NCBI GenBank assembly: GCA_020630805.1
Contig: JAHDIM010000001.1
Location: 5,887-69,886, forward strand
Source of the DNA: Anaerolineales bacterium
Lineage (GTDB): Bacteria > Chloroflexota > Anaerolineae > Anaerolineales > UBA6668
Direction of reading: 5' to 3'
DNA: 64,000 nucleotides
Shown: piece after piece, positions 1-9,360 of the stretch
Layout of the letters: every line of letters begins with the position of its first letter
Numbering within the stretch: position 1 is the stretch's first letter
Translations under genes and position numbers: made by a program
Notes under the pieces: generated by a model
What the model saw: the letters and a program-made list of their open reading frames with translations, nothing else
Databases searched by the model: none
Told to the model about the DNA's origin: nothing

Positions 1-839
1 ATTCCTGTACTGACGAATGCGATGAATAAACTCATTGCCATTGCTTCAGGCCGCAATGCAAGGTTCGTATCTGTATAGCTACGCCAAGCCAAGACAGAAA
101 GCGCCGATGGAAAGCGGCGGCCTAATAAGAACGGGATTTCAAATGCGCCAAAGGCAAATGCAAATACCAAAATAGATGCGGTCAGCACACTCGGCATGAT
201 CAGCGGTAGCGTGACATAGCGAAAGCGCTGCCATCTGTTTGCACCCAGTGAGGCAGCGGCGTTTTCATAGTCTTCCCCTACGCTTTGCAGGGTTGCCAGC
301 ACAATGGTGCCGATGAAGCAGGTTTCTTTCCAAACATATTCTGCAATGATGCCCAGCGCATAACGATCATTTACTAACGCCGGAAACTGCGCCGGATCGT
401 TGATCATCCCTGCAAGGTTAGCGAGCCGAGCGATCAGACCACTTTGTGAAAACAGCAGCAAGATCCCAATCGCACCGACGATGTGCGGAATTGGAATATT
501 GAGTTGAAACAAAAACGTGACTGCTTTTTTACCGCGAAACTGGCGTCGCAAGAGCAGGGCGCAAACAATGGCTAACACTGTAGAGAGCACGGTCGATGCG
601 ATCCCAATCCACAGCGTGAGGGCTAAAGACTGCCAAAATTCAGTCTTTTGAAAAATCGACTGCCAAGCGGCGAGACTAAAATCCGTTTTGCCAATGATGG
701 GCAGGTAGCCAAAGCTCTGCGCCAGCGCGAGCAGCAAGCCGCCGCCAAACAACACAATGATGATGGTTAGCGCAGGCGCTAACAGAATTGGGATACGAAA
801 ACGCTCCCAGAGAGTTTGGGAGCGTAGTGAGAAATTCAT
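1..839 (-). CDS. ABC transporter permease (C-terminal part lost at window edge)
   Basis: Minus-strand frame opens at ATG 839..837 (MNFSLRSQTLWERFRIPILLAPALTIIIVLFGGG...) and runs off the window, so it is absent from the ORF track. It has hydrophobic segments and an EAA-type permease loop (ENAAASLGANRWQRFRYVTLP). It lies directly downstream of the binding-protein gene. Confidence 0.75.
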   Translation of the reverse strand, partial: MNFSLRSQTLWERFRIPILLAPALTIIIVLFGGGLLLALAQSFGYLPIIGKTDFSLAAWQSIFQKTEFWQSLALTLWIGIASTVLSTVLAIVCALLLRRQFRGKKAVTFLFQLNIPIPHIVGAIGILLLFSQSGLIARLANLAGMINDPAQFPALVNDRYALGIIAEYVWKETCFIGTIVLATLQSVGEDYENAAASLGANRWQRFRYVTLPLIMPSVLTASILVFAFAFGAFEIPFLLGRRFPSALSVLAWRSYTDTNLALRPEAMAMSLFIAFVSTG

Positions 840-898
840 CAAAAGACCTAAGAACGAGGCGAGATCCTTCAAGGATCTCGCCTCGTATTCTAACGTGA

Positions 899-2131
899 TT
901 ATTGTTCTAGAACGTTTTCAATCCAGCCTTGTTCAATGGCTTCAACCCACGGCGCTTGCAATTCTGGCAAACGCGCCGCAGCAAGCTCAGCGGTTGAAAG
1001 CGTTGCTGGGTGACGTGGTAACGCGTCAAACGCGGCGGCGTCTTCTTCAGAGAGCAATGCAGGATTCAGCACTGGTAAATCGCCCCAAATGGCTGGGTCA
1101 GCCTTTTGAAGCTGTGCGTCTGGTGATAGCAAGACGTTTGCTAAGACCATAGCCGCTGCTTTGTTTGGAGAGTTATACGGAATGCCAACAAAGTGCGTGT
1201 TCGCAAGTGTGCCCGTTTCAAAGACAAAGGTACGTACCGTGTCTGGATACACACCGTCTTCGATCAGATTGCCAGCAGAACCTGGGTTGTAGTCCATGTC
1301 GAAGTGAACTTCGCCGTTGGCTAGCAGTTCTTTCATGCGCGCATCGCTTTCAGGATATTCGCCTTCGCGCCATAAGAATGGCTCAATTTCGTTTAGCAAG
1401 TCCCAGCACGCGCCAAATTTTTCATCAAACAATGCTTGGTCAAAGTCGCCCAAGAATTGTTCGTAACCGCCAGTGGCGTCATAGCAAACGTGACGAATAA
1501 ATGCACTCCCAATAAAGTCTGGTGCAGCGGGATATGTGAACTTGCCTGGATTGGCTTTGATCCATTCAACTAAGTCTGAAATGGTGGTTGGGGCTGCGTC
1601 TACATTGGCAGTGTCGTAGATCATGACGAATTGGGCTTTGCCATAAGGGCTTTCATAGCCTTCAACCGGGTAGCCAAAGTCGTTCAGAACGCTTGGGTCC
1701 GTTGCGTCTACAAATGCGTAGTTTGGCAGGGATTCACTCCAACCGCCAAAGAGAAGGTCGCCTTGACGCATGGTGCGGAAGTTTTCTCCATTGATCCAGA
1801 CCATATCTACTGACCCTTCGGTGTCTTGGCCAGCTTCTTTTTCACCGAGCACCTTGTTGACAGCTTCAGCAGTGTCATTGATTGGCACCATGTTTAAGGT
1901 GACGTTATAGTCCGCTTTGAGCGTTTCAGCAATTGGGCCGTTTACCCATGCGTTGATATTGTCAGCGCCACCCCACATAAACCAATTGACAGTTTGACCG
2001 TCAGCAGCGGCAACAACCGAGTCCCAATCTGCATAGTTCACTTCTTCTGTGGGGGTTACAGCACCTCCACAAGCACTAAGCACGACAGAAAATAGCGTTG
2101 CAACTATAGACAAATAAATATTTTTCTTCAT
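899..2131 (-). CDS. ABC transporter periplasmic/extracellular solute-binding lipoprotein (ligand unknown)
   Basis: 410 aa. Lipoprotein signal MKKNIYLSIVATLFSVVLSAC-GG. Size and composition fit a family-1 solute-binding protein. It sits upstream of the permease on the same strand. Confidence 0.7.
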   Translation of the reverse strand: MKKNIYLSIVATLFSVVLSACGGAVTPTEEVNYADWDSVVAAADGQTVNWFMWGGADNINAWVNGPIAETLKADYNVTLNMVPINDTAEAVNKVLGEKEAGQDTEGSVDMVWINGENFRTMRQGDLLFGGWSESLPNYAFVDATDPSVLNDFGYPVEGYESPYGKAQFVMIYDTANVDAAPTTISDLVEWIKANPGKFTYPAAPDFIGSAFIRHVCYDATGGYEQFLGDFDQALFDEKFGACWDLLNEIEPFLWREGEYPESDARMKELLANGEVHFDMDYNPGSAGNLIEDGVYPDTVRTFVFETGTLANTHFVGIPYNSPNKAAAMVLANVLLSPDAQLQKADPAIWGDLPVLNPALLSEEDAAAFDALPRHPATLSTAELAAARLPELQAPWVEAIEQGWIENVLEQ

Positions 2132-2199
2132 AAACCTTTCTTGTTATACAAAATAGTCTGCGCCACCAATTTCAGCGCAGAAAAAGCACTTAAACAAGA

Positions 2200-2235
2200 C
2201 GCGGCAGATACATCATGTATTACGTACCTGCCGCG
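2200..2235 (-). terminator. Probable terminator hairpin after the carboxylase operon
   Basis: CGCGGCAG (2200-2207) pairs with CTGCCGCG (2228-2235), and an inner ATACAT/ATGTAT stem is possible. On the minus strand it is followed by TCTTGTTT. It lies 34 nt after the BCCP stop. Confidence 0.4.
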
Positions 2236-2268
2236 AGATTGCATGTTATGAATTTGAATATGAAGGGC

Positions 2269-2781
2269 TTATTCTTCTGTTTCTGCGGTCACAATCACCA
2301 TGAGTTGACTGCCTTCTACGGAGTCTCCATCTTTGACGCGCACCTTAGTAACCGTGCCTGCCATTGGGCTTTTGAGCTCATTCTGCATCTTCATCGATTC
2401 AAGAATAATCAAAATGTCGCCTTCTTCAACGGCTTGGCCTTCAGTCACTGGAACGGTCACAACTAAGCCCGGCATTGGTGACTTGAGCTTAAATTCACCG
2501 CTTGCGCCGCCAGCGCCACCGCTCGCAGCAGCAAGCCGCTCTTGACGTTCGTCAACGACGTTCACAGAGTAAAGATCACCAAGCAATAAGACTTGCCAGT
2601 CTTCGGTCGTGCGCTCTACGCTTGCCAGATAAGAACGTCCATCAATCAACATTGAGTGCACATTGGAGCCACTTGCTGATTCCAAATCGATGGTGATTGG
2701 CCGGTCATTGACAAAGATTTCATTCGTATCTTTGATTTCAATGACGTGCCGCTTGTTGCCAACTGTAACAATATATTTCAT
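2269..2781 (-). CDS. Biotin carboxyl carrier (biotin/lipoyl attachment domain) protein
   Basis: 170 aa. The C-terminal biotinylation motif is EGDILIILESMKMQNELKSPMAGTV (MKM lysine). Confidence 0.85.
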   Translation of the reverse strand: MKYIVTVGNKRHVIEIKDTNEIFVNDRPITIDLESASGSNVHSMLIDGRSYLASVERTTEDWQVLLLGDLYSVNVVDERQERLAAASGGAGGASGEFKLKSPMPGLVVTVPVTEGQAVEEGDILIILESMKMQNELKSPMAGTVTKVRVKDGDSVEGSQLMVIVTAETEE

Positions 2782-2793
2782 CGTATTTGGCTC

Positions 2794-4302
2794 CTAACGG
2801 TGAATGCGCTCGTAGCGGCCAACCCATTTCCAGTTACTGGTATCACGGGCATTCTTGGTCACAACTTGGGCTGCCGCCTGATTTTCACGGTGTGCAATCA
2901 CTGCGGCCAAGATCGCTGCAATTTCGGCGTTTTCACCCTCTGCTGTGCTGATGTCAAATTCATTGTCAACAAATTGCGTGTTGAACACACCTGCCATAAA
3001 GCGGTGCGAGTCAAGCAACTGCTGATGGAATGGGATTGTTGTTTTGACCCCGAGAATTCGATATTCTTCCAGCGCACGGCGCATGCGTAAGATGGCCTCA
3101 GCGCGGGTGTCACCGCTACAAATCAGCTTGCTGATCATTGAGTCATAGTGAGGCGTAATTTCGTAGCCGGGGTAGACGGCTGTATCGACACGGACGCCAG
3201 GACCGGTGGGCAAAATGACGCTGCTGATGGTGCCAATTGATGGCATGAATTTTTGGAACGGATCTTCCGCATTTACACGACACTCAATTGCCCAGCCGTT
3301 CATTTTGACATCGTCTTGCAGCAATCTGAGGCGTTTGCCGCGAGCAATGCGGAGTTGCTCACGGACAATATCGACCCCAGTCACAATTTCTGTGACGGGG
3401 TGTTCCACCTGTAAGCGGGTGTTCATTTCAAGGAAGTAGAAGTTTTTGTCTTCATCCACCAAGAATTCGATGGTGCCCGCGCCAACATAATTCACGGCTT
3501 GGGCAGCTTTGACCCCAACAGCCCCCATTTGCTGACGCAGGTTTTCGTCGGTGCCAATAAATGGAGACGGGCACTCTTCAAGCAACTTCTGGTGTCTCCG
3601 TTGAATGGAACATTCCCGCTCGCCTAGGTGGATGGTATTGCCGAAGGTGTCGGCCAGAATTTGAATTTCAATGTGGCGCGCGCCCGTCACCAGTTTTTCC
3701 AAGTAGACCCGACCATCGCCAAAGGCAGCTAGAGCTTCAGCGCGGGCGCTTGCTATGGATTGTTCAATATCATCTGGACTATGAACTGCGCGCATTCCTT
3801 TTCCACCACCACCGGCAGCGGCTTTGACCAAGAGCGGGTAGCCCACATTGTTATTGGCCTCGTGGATGAGCTGTTCATCAGTCAAATCGCTTTCACTGTC
3901 GGTACCGGGCACGACTGGCACGCCAGCTTTTTGCATAATGCCACGGGCCGTAATTTTGTCGCCCATTTTGGTAATGGCGTCTGGTGATGGACCAATAAAG
4001 GTAATTCCAGCGTCTTTACAGGCTTGTGCAAATTCAGCACGTTCAGCTAAGAAACCATATCCTGGATGAATTGCCTGCGCCCCAGATTTCTTGGCGGCCT
4101 CAATAATTTTGTCAATTACCAAATAAGAGTCGCGTGCTGGAGCAGGACCAATGTTGTAGGCTTCACGGGCATAGCGGACATGTAAGGCATTTCGGTCAGC
4201 ATCTGAATACACTGCGACAGTTTGAAGCCCAATGTCTTTACAAGCCCGCAAAATGCGGACCGCAATTTCACCACGATTAGCAACGAGTACTTTTTGAAAC
4301 AT
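2794..4302 (-). CDS. accC: Biotin carboxylase subunit of acetyl/propionyl-CoA carboxylase
   Basis: 502 aa. N-terminus is MFQKVLVANRGEIAVRILRACKDIG. ATP-grasp glycine loop is KAAAGGGGKGMR. The EMNTRLQVEHPVTE motif is present. Confidence 0.93.
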   Translation of the reverse strand: MFQKVLVANRGEIAVRILRACKDIGLQTVAVYSDADRNALHVRYAREAYNIGPAPARDSYLVIDKIIEAAKKSGAQAIHPGYGFLAERAEFAQACKDAGITFIGPSPDAITKMGDKITARGIMQKAGVPVVPGTDSESDLTDEQLIHEANNNVGYPLLVKAAAGGGGKGMRAVHSPDDIEQSIASARAEALAAFGDGRVYLEKLVTGARHIEIQILADTFGNTIHLGERECSIQRRHQKLLEECPSPFIGTDENLRQQMGAVGVKAAQAVNYVGAGTIEFLVDEDKNFYFLEMNTRLQVEHPVTEIVTGVDIVREQLRIARGKRLRLLQDDVKMNGWAIECRVNAEDPFQKFMPSIGTISSVILPTGPGVRVDTAVYPGYEITPHYDSMISKLICSGDTRAEAILRMRRALEEYRILGVKTTIPFHQQLLDSHRFMAGVFNTQFVDNEFDISTAEGENAEIAAILAAVIAHRENQAAAQVVTKNARDTSNWKWVGRYERIHR

Positions 4303-4311
4303 CTGTTGCTC

Positions 4312-5862
4312 CTAGAGTGGCATATTGCCGTGCTTTTTAGGTGGATTGTCGTCGCGCTTATTTTGTAAGACTTCAAGCGCATTGATCAACCGAGGGCGGG
4401 TTTCGCTTGGCTCAATTACATCGTCAATGTAGCCATATGAGGCCGCAACGTAAGGGTTGGCGAAACGATCTTTATATTCTTCGATGAGTTCTTGGCGGCG
4501 TGGCTCAGGATCTTCCAATGCGGCGAGTTCGCGCCGGAATAAGACATTCACTGCACCTTGCGGACCCATCACCGCCAGTTCTGATCCTGGCCAAGCGAGG
4601 TTCAGATCGGAGCGAGTGCTTTTCGAATTCATCACACAATATGCGCCGCCGTAGGCCTTGCGCGTAATGACAGTGATTTTTGGTACGGTTGCTTCACAGT
4701 AGGCATACAGCAATTTTGCACCGTGGCGAATAATGCCGTTGTATTCCTGAGCAGTGCCGACCATGTAACCAGGCACATCCTCAAATGTGATGATTGGAAT
4801 GTTGAAGCAGTCACAGAAGCGAACAAATCGTGCGGCTTTTTCGGCAGCGTGAATGTCAATCACACCAGCTAAGACCGCTGGCTGATTGCCCACAATCCCA
4901 ACACTGTGACCACCAAGCCGCGCAAATCCAACCACGATATTGGCTGCATAATCCTTGTGAATTTCAAAGAAGTTGCCATCATCAACAACGTGCTTGACCA
5001 CGTCGCGAATGTCATAGGGCTTAGTCGGATCATCTGGCACGATGCTATTGAGTTCATCATCTTGTCGCAAAGGATCATCTGAAGACGCTTGATAGGGTGC
5101 ATCTTCCATATTGTTTTGCGGCAAAAAGCTCATCAAAATGCGGATGAGGAACAGACAGTCGGCTTCGCTTTCGGCGACGTAGTGACATACGCCAGACTTT
5201 GAGGCATGGGCACTTGCGCCGCCAAGCTCTTCATGCGTGACGTCTTCTTGGGTGACAGCCTTTACAACATCCGGACCGGTCACATACATATAAGACGTGC
5301 CGTCTACCATGAAAATAAAGTCGGTGAGGGCTGGTGAGTAAACCGCACCGCCAGCACAAGGCCCCATAATCGCGCTGATTTGGGGAACAACCCCAGACGC
5401 CATGGTGTTACGCAGGAAGATATTTGAATAGCCTTCCAAGCTCGTGACGCCTTCTTGAATGCGGGCGCCACCAGAGTCATTCAGACCAATGATTGGCGCA
5501 CCAGTTTTCATCGCCATGTCCATGACTTTACAGATTTTTTGGGCATGCACTTCTGAGAGTGAGCCACCAAAGACGGTGAAATCTTGTGAATAGACGTAAA
5601 CGAGGCGGCCATCAATGGTGCCCCAGCCGGTGACGACGCTGTCGCCAAGTGGGCGGTTGTTTTCAACGCCAAAGTCTCTGCCGCGATGCTGCACGAATGC
5701 GTCGAGCTCGCGGAACGACCCTTGGTCGAGCAAAATTTCAATCCGCTCGTGAGCGGTTAGCTTGCCGCGTTTGTGCTGCGCGTCAATGCGCGCTTGACCA
5801 CCACCGAGTTTGGCTTGTTCTTTGAGGTCTCGGAGTTTTTGAATTTCAGGTTTGATTGACAT
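4312..5862 (-). CDS. Acyl-CoA carboxylase carboxyltransferase (PccB/AccD5-like, fused beta-type)
   Basis: 516 aa. Typical methylmalonyl/propionyl-CoA carboxyltransferase sequence ([38 protein letters not shown]). Confidence 0.9.
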   Translation of the reverse strand: MSIKPEIQKLRDLKEQAKLGGGQARIDAQHKRGKLTAHERIEILLDQGSFRELDAFVQHRGRDFGVENNRPLGDSVVTGWGTIDGRLVYVYSQDFTVFGGSLSEVHAQKICKVMDMAMKTGAPIIGLNDSGGARIQEGVTSLEGYSNIFLRNTMASGVVPQISAIMGPCAGGAVYSPALTDFIFMVDGTSYMYVTGPDVVKAVTQEDVTHEELGGASAHASKSGVCHYVAESEADCLFLIRILMSFLPQNNMEDAPYQASSDDPLRQDDELNSIVPDDPTKPYDIRDVVKHVVDDGNFFEIHKDYAANIVVGFARLGGHSVGIVGNQPAVLAGVIDIHAAEKAARFVRFCDCFNIPIITFEDVPGYMVGTAQEYNGIIRHGAKLLYAYCEATVPKITVITRKAYGGAYCVMNSKSTRSDLNLAWPGSELAVMGPQGAVNVLFRRELAALEDPEPRRQELIEEYKDRFANPYVAASYGYIDDVIEPSETRPRLINALEVLQNKRDDNPPKKHGNMPL

Positions 5863-5974
5863 AAGTTCAGAATTGTCAGTTTTCGTACGACGCAGTAAAT
5901 AATGGGGCCTGATAGAGCGCTCCAGAAGAGGGGCGCATTGCCCACTCGCAGCGAAGCATAAGTGTCAAGAATTG

Positions 5975-6016
5975 TAACGTGTTCAGAAACACATAACGTG
6001 CTTAGAAAGTTACGTG
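5975..6016 (-). promoter_or_regulatory. Three direct CACGTWA repeats next to a TTGACA box upstream of the carboxylase operon (candidate operator)
   Basis: The plus strand has TAACGTG at 5975-5981 and 5994-6000, and TTACGTG at 6010-6016. The minus-strand TTGACA (5962-5967) follows immediately. Confidence 0.25.
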
Positions 6017-6099
6017 ATTCACAGCAGCAATTTTACGCGGTAGGCTAATCGTCGACTATGCTGGCAGTGGAAAGTGACTATTGCAGTTGTCTGTTAACC

Positions 6100-6124
6100 A
6101 AAAACGCGGCGCTATTGCGCCGCG
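6100..6124 (-). terminator. Intrinsic terminator of cspA
   Basis: 8-bp GC stem CGCGGCGC (6105-6112) / GCGCCGCG (6117-6124) with loop TATT. Five A (6100-6104) give UUUUU on the minus strand. It lies 35 nt after the cspA stop. Confidence 0.8.
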
Positions 6125-6158
6125 TCGTAGCAGGGTGACTGCAATCAGGACGATGAAA

Positions 6159-6371
6159 TTAGTTCACAATGGTGACATTATTGGCCTGATAGCCCTTGTC
6201 GGACTCGACCAGAATGTATTCCACTAATTGGCCATCGTTCAGCGTGCGATAACCAGCAGTGTTAATCTGGCTGTAATGAACAAACACATCATCGCCAGTG
6301 TGTCGTTCGATAAAGCCATAACCTTTGCGATTATTGAACCACTTTACTGTGCCGGTTTCTGTGTCCTGCAT
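6159..6371 (-). CDS. cspA: Cold-shock protein (CspA family)
   Basis: [36 protein letters not shown] carries the RNP1/RNP2 motifs. I chose the ATG at 6371 because GGGAG lies 7 nt upstream. The 24-aa extension in the track is unlikely to be real. Confidence 0.92.
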   Translation of the reverse strand: MQDTETGTVKWFNNRKGYGFIERHTGDDVFVHYSQINTAGYRTLNDGQLVEYILVESDKGYQANNVTIVN

Positions 6372-6547
6372 GTGATTTGCTCCCATGATGGAAAACGTTG
6401 CCGAAAAGCAATTCGATGAATCTGAGACACATAACCTTAGCATTGAAGGTAGAAAGTGTGAGTAATAAGTTAGTTATAGTTATCGTTGTTGCGTATAAAA
6501 ATTCTAACTAAGGCGGCAGGCACTTGCTTAAGCCCTCTACCGAAGTA

Positions 6548-7513
6548 TTAACGCCAAGCAGATATTTCAGATAGTGAGGCGCTTTCTTCCGCTGAAAGTC
6601 CAAAATCGATGGCGCCTAGATTGTCATTTAGTTGGTCCAGAGTGCGCGGCCCAATAATGGGCGACACAATTGTTTTCTGATCTAAAATCCAAGCCAGTGC
6701 CAGTTGTGACAGCGTTTTGTCGTGGTTGGCGCAGATTGCATCCATTGCGTCTAATAACGCCCAATTTTTCTCGGTCATGTAGCGCTGTACTGAGGCTGCT
6801 CGAACGCTGTCTGGCAGTGGTGCATCTTTGCGGTATTTACCCGTGAGAAATCCGCCACCTAAGGGGCTGTAAGGAATTACGCCAATGCCATAGTTGTCAC
6901 AAACGTCTTGGAGTTCCCGTTCAAATTCTGCGCGTTTGACAAGCGAGAAGTGAGGTTGCAAAGTTTCAAAACGCACATATTTGTAATATTCAGCTGCCCA
7001 AGTCGCTTCAGTGAGCCGCCAGGCGGGATAATTCGAACAGCCAATGTAACGCACTTTTCCTTGTTGGACGAGGTCATCCATCGCGCGCAGTGTTTCTTCA
7101 ATTGGTGTGTTTTCATCAAACCAGTGCGTTTGGTAGAGGTCAATATAGTCTGTTTGCAGACGACGCAGCGACTCTTCCACTTGCCACATAATGTGTTGGC
7201 GAGAAAGACCTTCTTTGTTTGGTCCGCTTTCTCGCATTTGACCGCGCACTTTGGTTGCGATGATCATCTCGTCACGCTTAACGCCAGACATCTTCAACCA
7301 ATTGCCAATAATGCGTTCTGAGACCCCACCTGGATTGCCATCAATCCAGCGAGAGTAGATATTCGCTGTATCAAAAAAGTTGATGCCGGCCTCTTGAGCG
7401 GCAGACATAATTTCAAACGAATCGGTTTGATTGACACTCCAGCCAAATTGCATGGTTCCCAAACATAATTCAGAGACTTGGACGCCGGTGCGCCCCAAAT
7501 TTCGATAATTCAT
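6548..7513 (-). CDS. Aldo/keto reductase
   Basis: MNYRNLGRTGVQVSELCLGTMQFG is a typical AKR N-terminus. I chose the ATG at 7513, two nt after the upstream TGA stop. The TTG at 7519 is an alternative start. Confidence 0.85.
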   Translation of the reverse strand: MNYRNLGRTGVQVSELCLGTMQFGWSVNQTDSFEIMSAAQEAGINFFDTANIYSRWIDGNPGGVSERIIGNWLKMSGVKRDEMIIATKVRGQMRESGPNKEGLSRQHIMWQVEESLRRLQTDYIDLYQTHWFDENTPIEETLRAMDDLVQQGKVRYIGCSNYPAWRLTEATWAAEYYKYVRFETLQPHFSLVKRAEFERELQDVCDNYGIGVIPYSPLGGGFLTGKYRKDAPLPDSVRAASVQRYMTEKNWALLDAMDAICANHDKTLSQLALAWILDQKTIVSPIIGPRTLDQLNDNLGAIDFGLSAEESASLSEISAWR

Positions 7514-7515
7514 TC

Positions 7516-8676
7516 TCAAAACTCCAGTGTTGCTAGCGCCAAATTAATATCATCAAATAAGGTAGCGCCTGTTGCGGCAAGCTTCTGTTGTTTGACGACC
7601 AATGGGGAGATGCCATATCCCAAAACACGCGTTGGAATACCGTGTGTATTCAAGAGTTCGCCTGCAGCTTGCCCACCTAGAATGCCGCTAGCAGAGTCTT
7701 CAAAGACTAAGAGGTCAATGTCGTGTCCGACAAAAGGCTGTAAATGTGGGGCAAGTGTATTGGTGCGTACCATTTCTTCAGCACTTAGGACCGCTTCACT
7801 TTGGGGAACCGCCAGTGCTGCCATGAGCCCAGCTAAGGCTTGGACAGGATTGGGTTTCAAAAAGTGTTCACCAGCGACGCCAAGTCGTTCTCCTAACCAG
7901 CGAAGCTTGCCTTCTGCAATAAGTGGTAAGCGGCTCAGTCCGACAATGTCTAACGCAATTTCTGCTTCGGGAGCATACCCCTGATGTCCAACTTCAAGAT
8001 CTAGCGGCGGGAATGAAGGACGCGCAGTGTAGACGGCTGCGTATATATGCTGATTGGTGACCCCGTTCATAATGCGCTTGGCGACATCGGCATAAATGAG
8101 AGGATGATCCATACTGGCCAGCAACGACTCAGTTTGGAGGTGTGCTGGAAAACCGTAAGTCTGTGCAAAATGATCGCTGCCAAGCGTGTAGTGCTGAAAA
8201 ATGCGCGTGGTTGCCGACTGATGTACGTCCCTAGTTGTCAACAAAATACTGCTGAGTAGAGGATCGGCTGCCGGCCATTTGTCGCCTGAAAAGCGCCGTA
8301 GAGCCGTTTCAGAGGGAATCTCACCTTGCCGATGATCTTCCATAATCCAAGTGCTGAGCAGTTTGTAATTGGGTGGGGTGCTAAGCGTAATGCGCCGTTG
8401 AACAATTAGTTTGAGCGCGTCTGAAAGCGTTTCTGGTAAACGTGGAAAGGCATTTCGGGCTTCTCTAAGTAAGATCGCTAAACAAATGGCGCATGAATCC
8501 CACTCGCTGGAAATGCCAATTGCTTCGAAGTGTTCTATGGTGTCAATGTCAGGGGCTTGGTCCCCCCAACGCATCATTTGCGAAAAATAGTTAACCGTGG
8601 CCTGTAACGCTGCGCGGTAACCAAGTGGATTGACTAAAACAGAGTCAACATCAAAGAGAAAAACTTGACGAGGCAT
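7516..8676 (-). CDS. HAD-superfamily hydrolase-like protein with a very large cap insertion
   Basis: 386 aa. All four HAD motifs can be read in order: FLFDVDSVL (DxD), YTARP, KPNP and VFEDSASG. About 200 aa are inserted between motifs I and II. Its start abuts the hisE stop (TAAATG). Confidence 0.6.
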   Translation of the reverse strand: MPRQVFLFDVDSVLVNPLGYRAALQATVNYFSQMMRWGDQAPDIDTIEHFEAIGISSEWDSCAICLAILLREARNAFPRLPETLSDALKLIVQRRITLSTPPNYKLLSTWIMEDHRQGEIPSETALRRFSGDKWPAADPLLSSILLTTRDVHQSATTRIFQHYTLGSDHFAQTYGFPAHLQTESLLASMDHPLIYADVAKRIMNGVTNQHIYAAVYTARPSFPPLDLEVGHQGYAPEAEIALDIVGLSRLPLIAEGKLRWLGERLGVAGEHFLKPNPVQALAGLMAALAVPQSEAVLSAEEMVRTNTLAPHLQPFVGHDIDLLVFEDSASGILGGQAAGELLNTHGIPTRVLGYGISPLVVKQQKLAATGATLFDDINLALATLEF

Positions 8677-8979
8677 TTACGGCTGAGAATTGATGGCTGA
8701 TGGCTGATGACGATTGCGTAGTTCGGCTTCGACTTCAGCGAGCGTAACGCCTTTATGCGCAAGTAAGACTAAGAGATGGTAGAGCAAATCTGCGCTTTCA
8801 GAAATAAGACGTTCGTTGGACTGTAACGCCGCTGCGATGACAACTTCAACGCCTTCTTCGCCTACTTTTTGCGCAATTTTGTCTAATCCTTTGTCAAAAA
8901 GCTTATTAGTATAGGACGCAGTTTGCGGATTGGCTTTGCGATCTGCAATGATCGCTTCAAGTTCGTGGATCATGGACAT
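8677..8979 (-). CDS. hisE: Phosphoribosyl-ATP pyrophosphohydrolase
   Basis: 100 aa. ASYTNKLFDKGLDKIAQKVGEEGVEVVIAA and LLYHLLVLL match the HisE family pattern. Confidence 0.9.
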   Translation of the reverse strand: MSMIHELEAIIADRKANPQTASYTNKLFDKGLDKIAQKVGEEGVEVVIAAALQSNERLISESADLLYHLLVLLAHKGVTLAEVEAELRNRHQPSAINSQP

Positions 8980-8993
8980 AGAATTTAGAACAT

Positions 8994-9035
8994 CCCATTT
9001 GTAGTGACATGGCTTGCCATGTCACTACAAATGGG
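8994..9035. repeat. Perfect 20-bp-arm palindrome in the hisI-hisE spacer (copy 1 of TTGTAGTGACNTGGC family)
   Basis: CCCATTTGTAGTGACATGGC, then tt, then GCCATGTCACTACAAATGGG. There is no U-tract. Confidence 0.9.
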
Positions 9036-9042
9036 GTCGTTA

Positions 9043-9360
9043 TTATGAATTGTCGGTATTGAAAAAACAGGACGTTGCGCCAGTGTGGCAGGCGGGCCCT
9101 GTAGGTTTGACTTGCAGCAAGAGCGTATCCTGATCACAGTCTGAAGTGATGCTGACCACTTTCATCACATTACCGGAAGTTGCACCTTTGTGCCAAATCT
9201 CTTGGCGGCTGCGGCTCCAAAACACGGCTTCACCGCGTTCTTGCGTGAATTTCAAGGAATCTACATTCATCCAAGCCATCATCAAGACTTGATTCGTGTC
9301 AGCGTCTTGCAGGATGGCAGGAATTAGCCCGTCGGCGTTGAATTTAGGCGCAAAGGTCAT
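9043..9360 (-). CDS. hisI: Phosphoribosyl-AMP cyclohydrolase
   Basis: [19 protein letters not shown]...[12 protein letters not shown]...[10 protein letters not shown]...ACHTG. I prefer the ATG at 9360 over the TTG at 9387. It overlaps the upstream HAD gene stop. Confidence 0.9.
   Translation of the reverse strand: MTFAPKFNADGLIPAILQDADTNQVLMMAWMNVDSLKFTQERGEAVFWSRSRQEIWHKGATSGNVMKVVSITSDCDQDTLLLQVKPTGPACHTGATSCFFNTDNS

Noticed and set aside
757-1500. Plus-strand ORFs 757..1152 and 1165..1500.
   Set aside because: They lie antisense to the permease and binding-protein genes, which have clear family motifs. Their composition is Arg/Ser/Gln-rich and they have no SD.
6548-7513. The aldo/keto reductase at the end of the his operon as a functional replacement for the missing hisD.
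   Set aside because: Histidinol dehydrogenase chemistry (a four-electron, Zn-dependent oxidation) has no precedent in the AKR family. hisD being encoded elsewhere is the simpler explanation.
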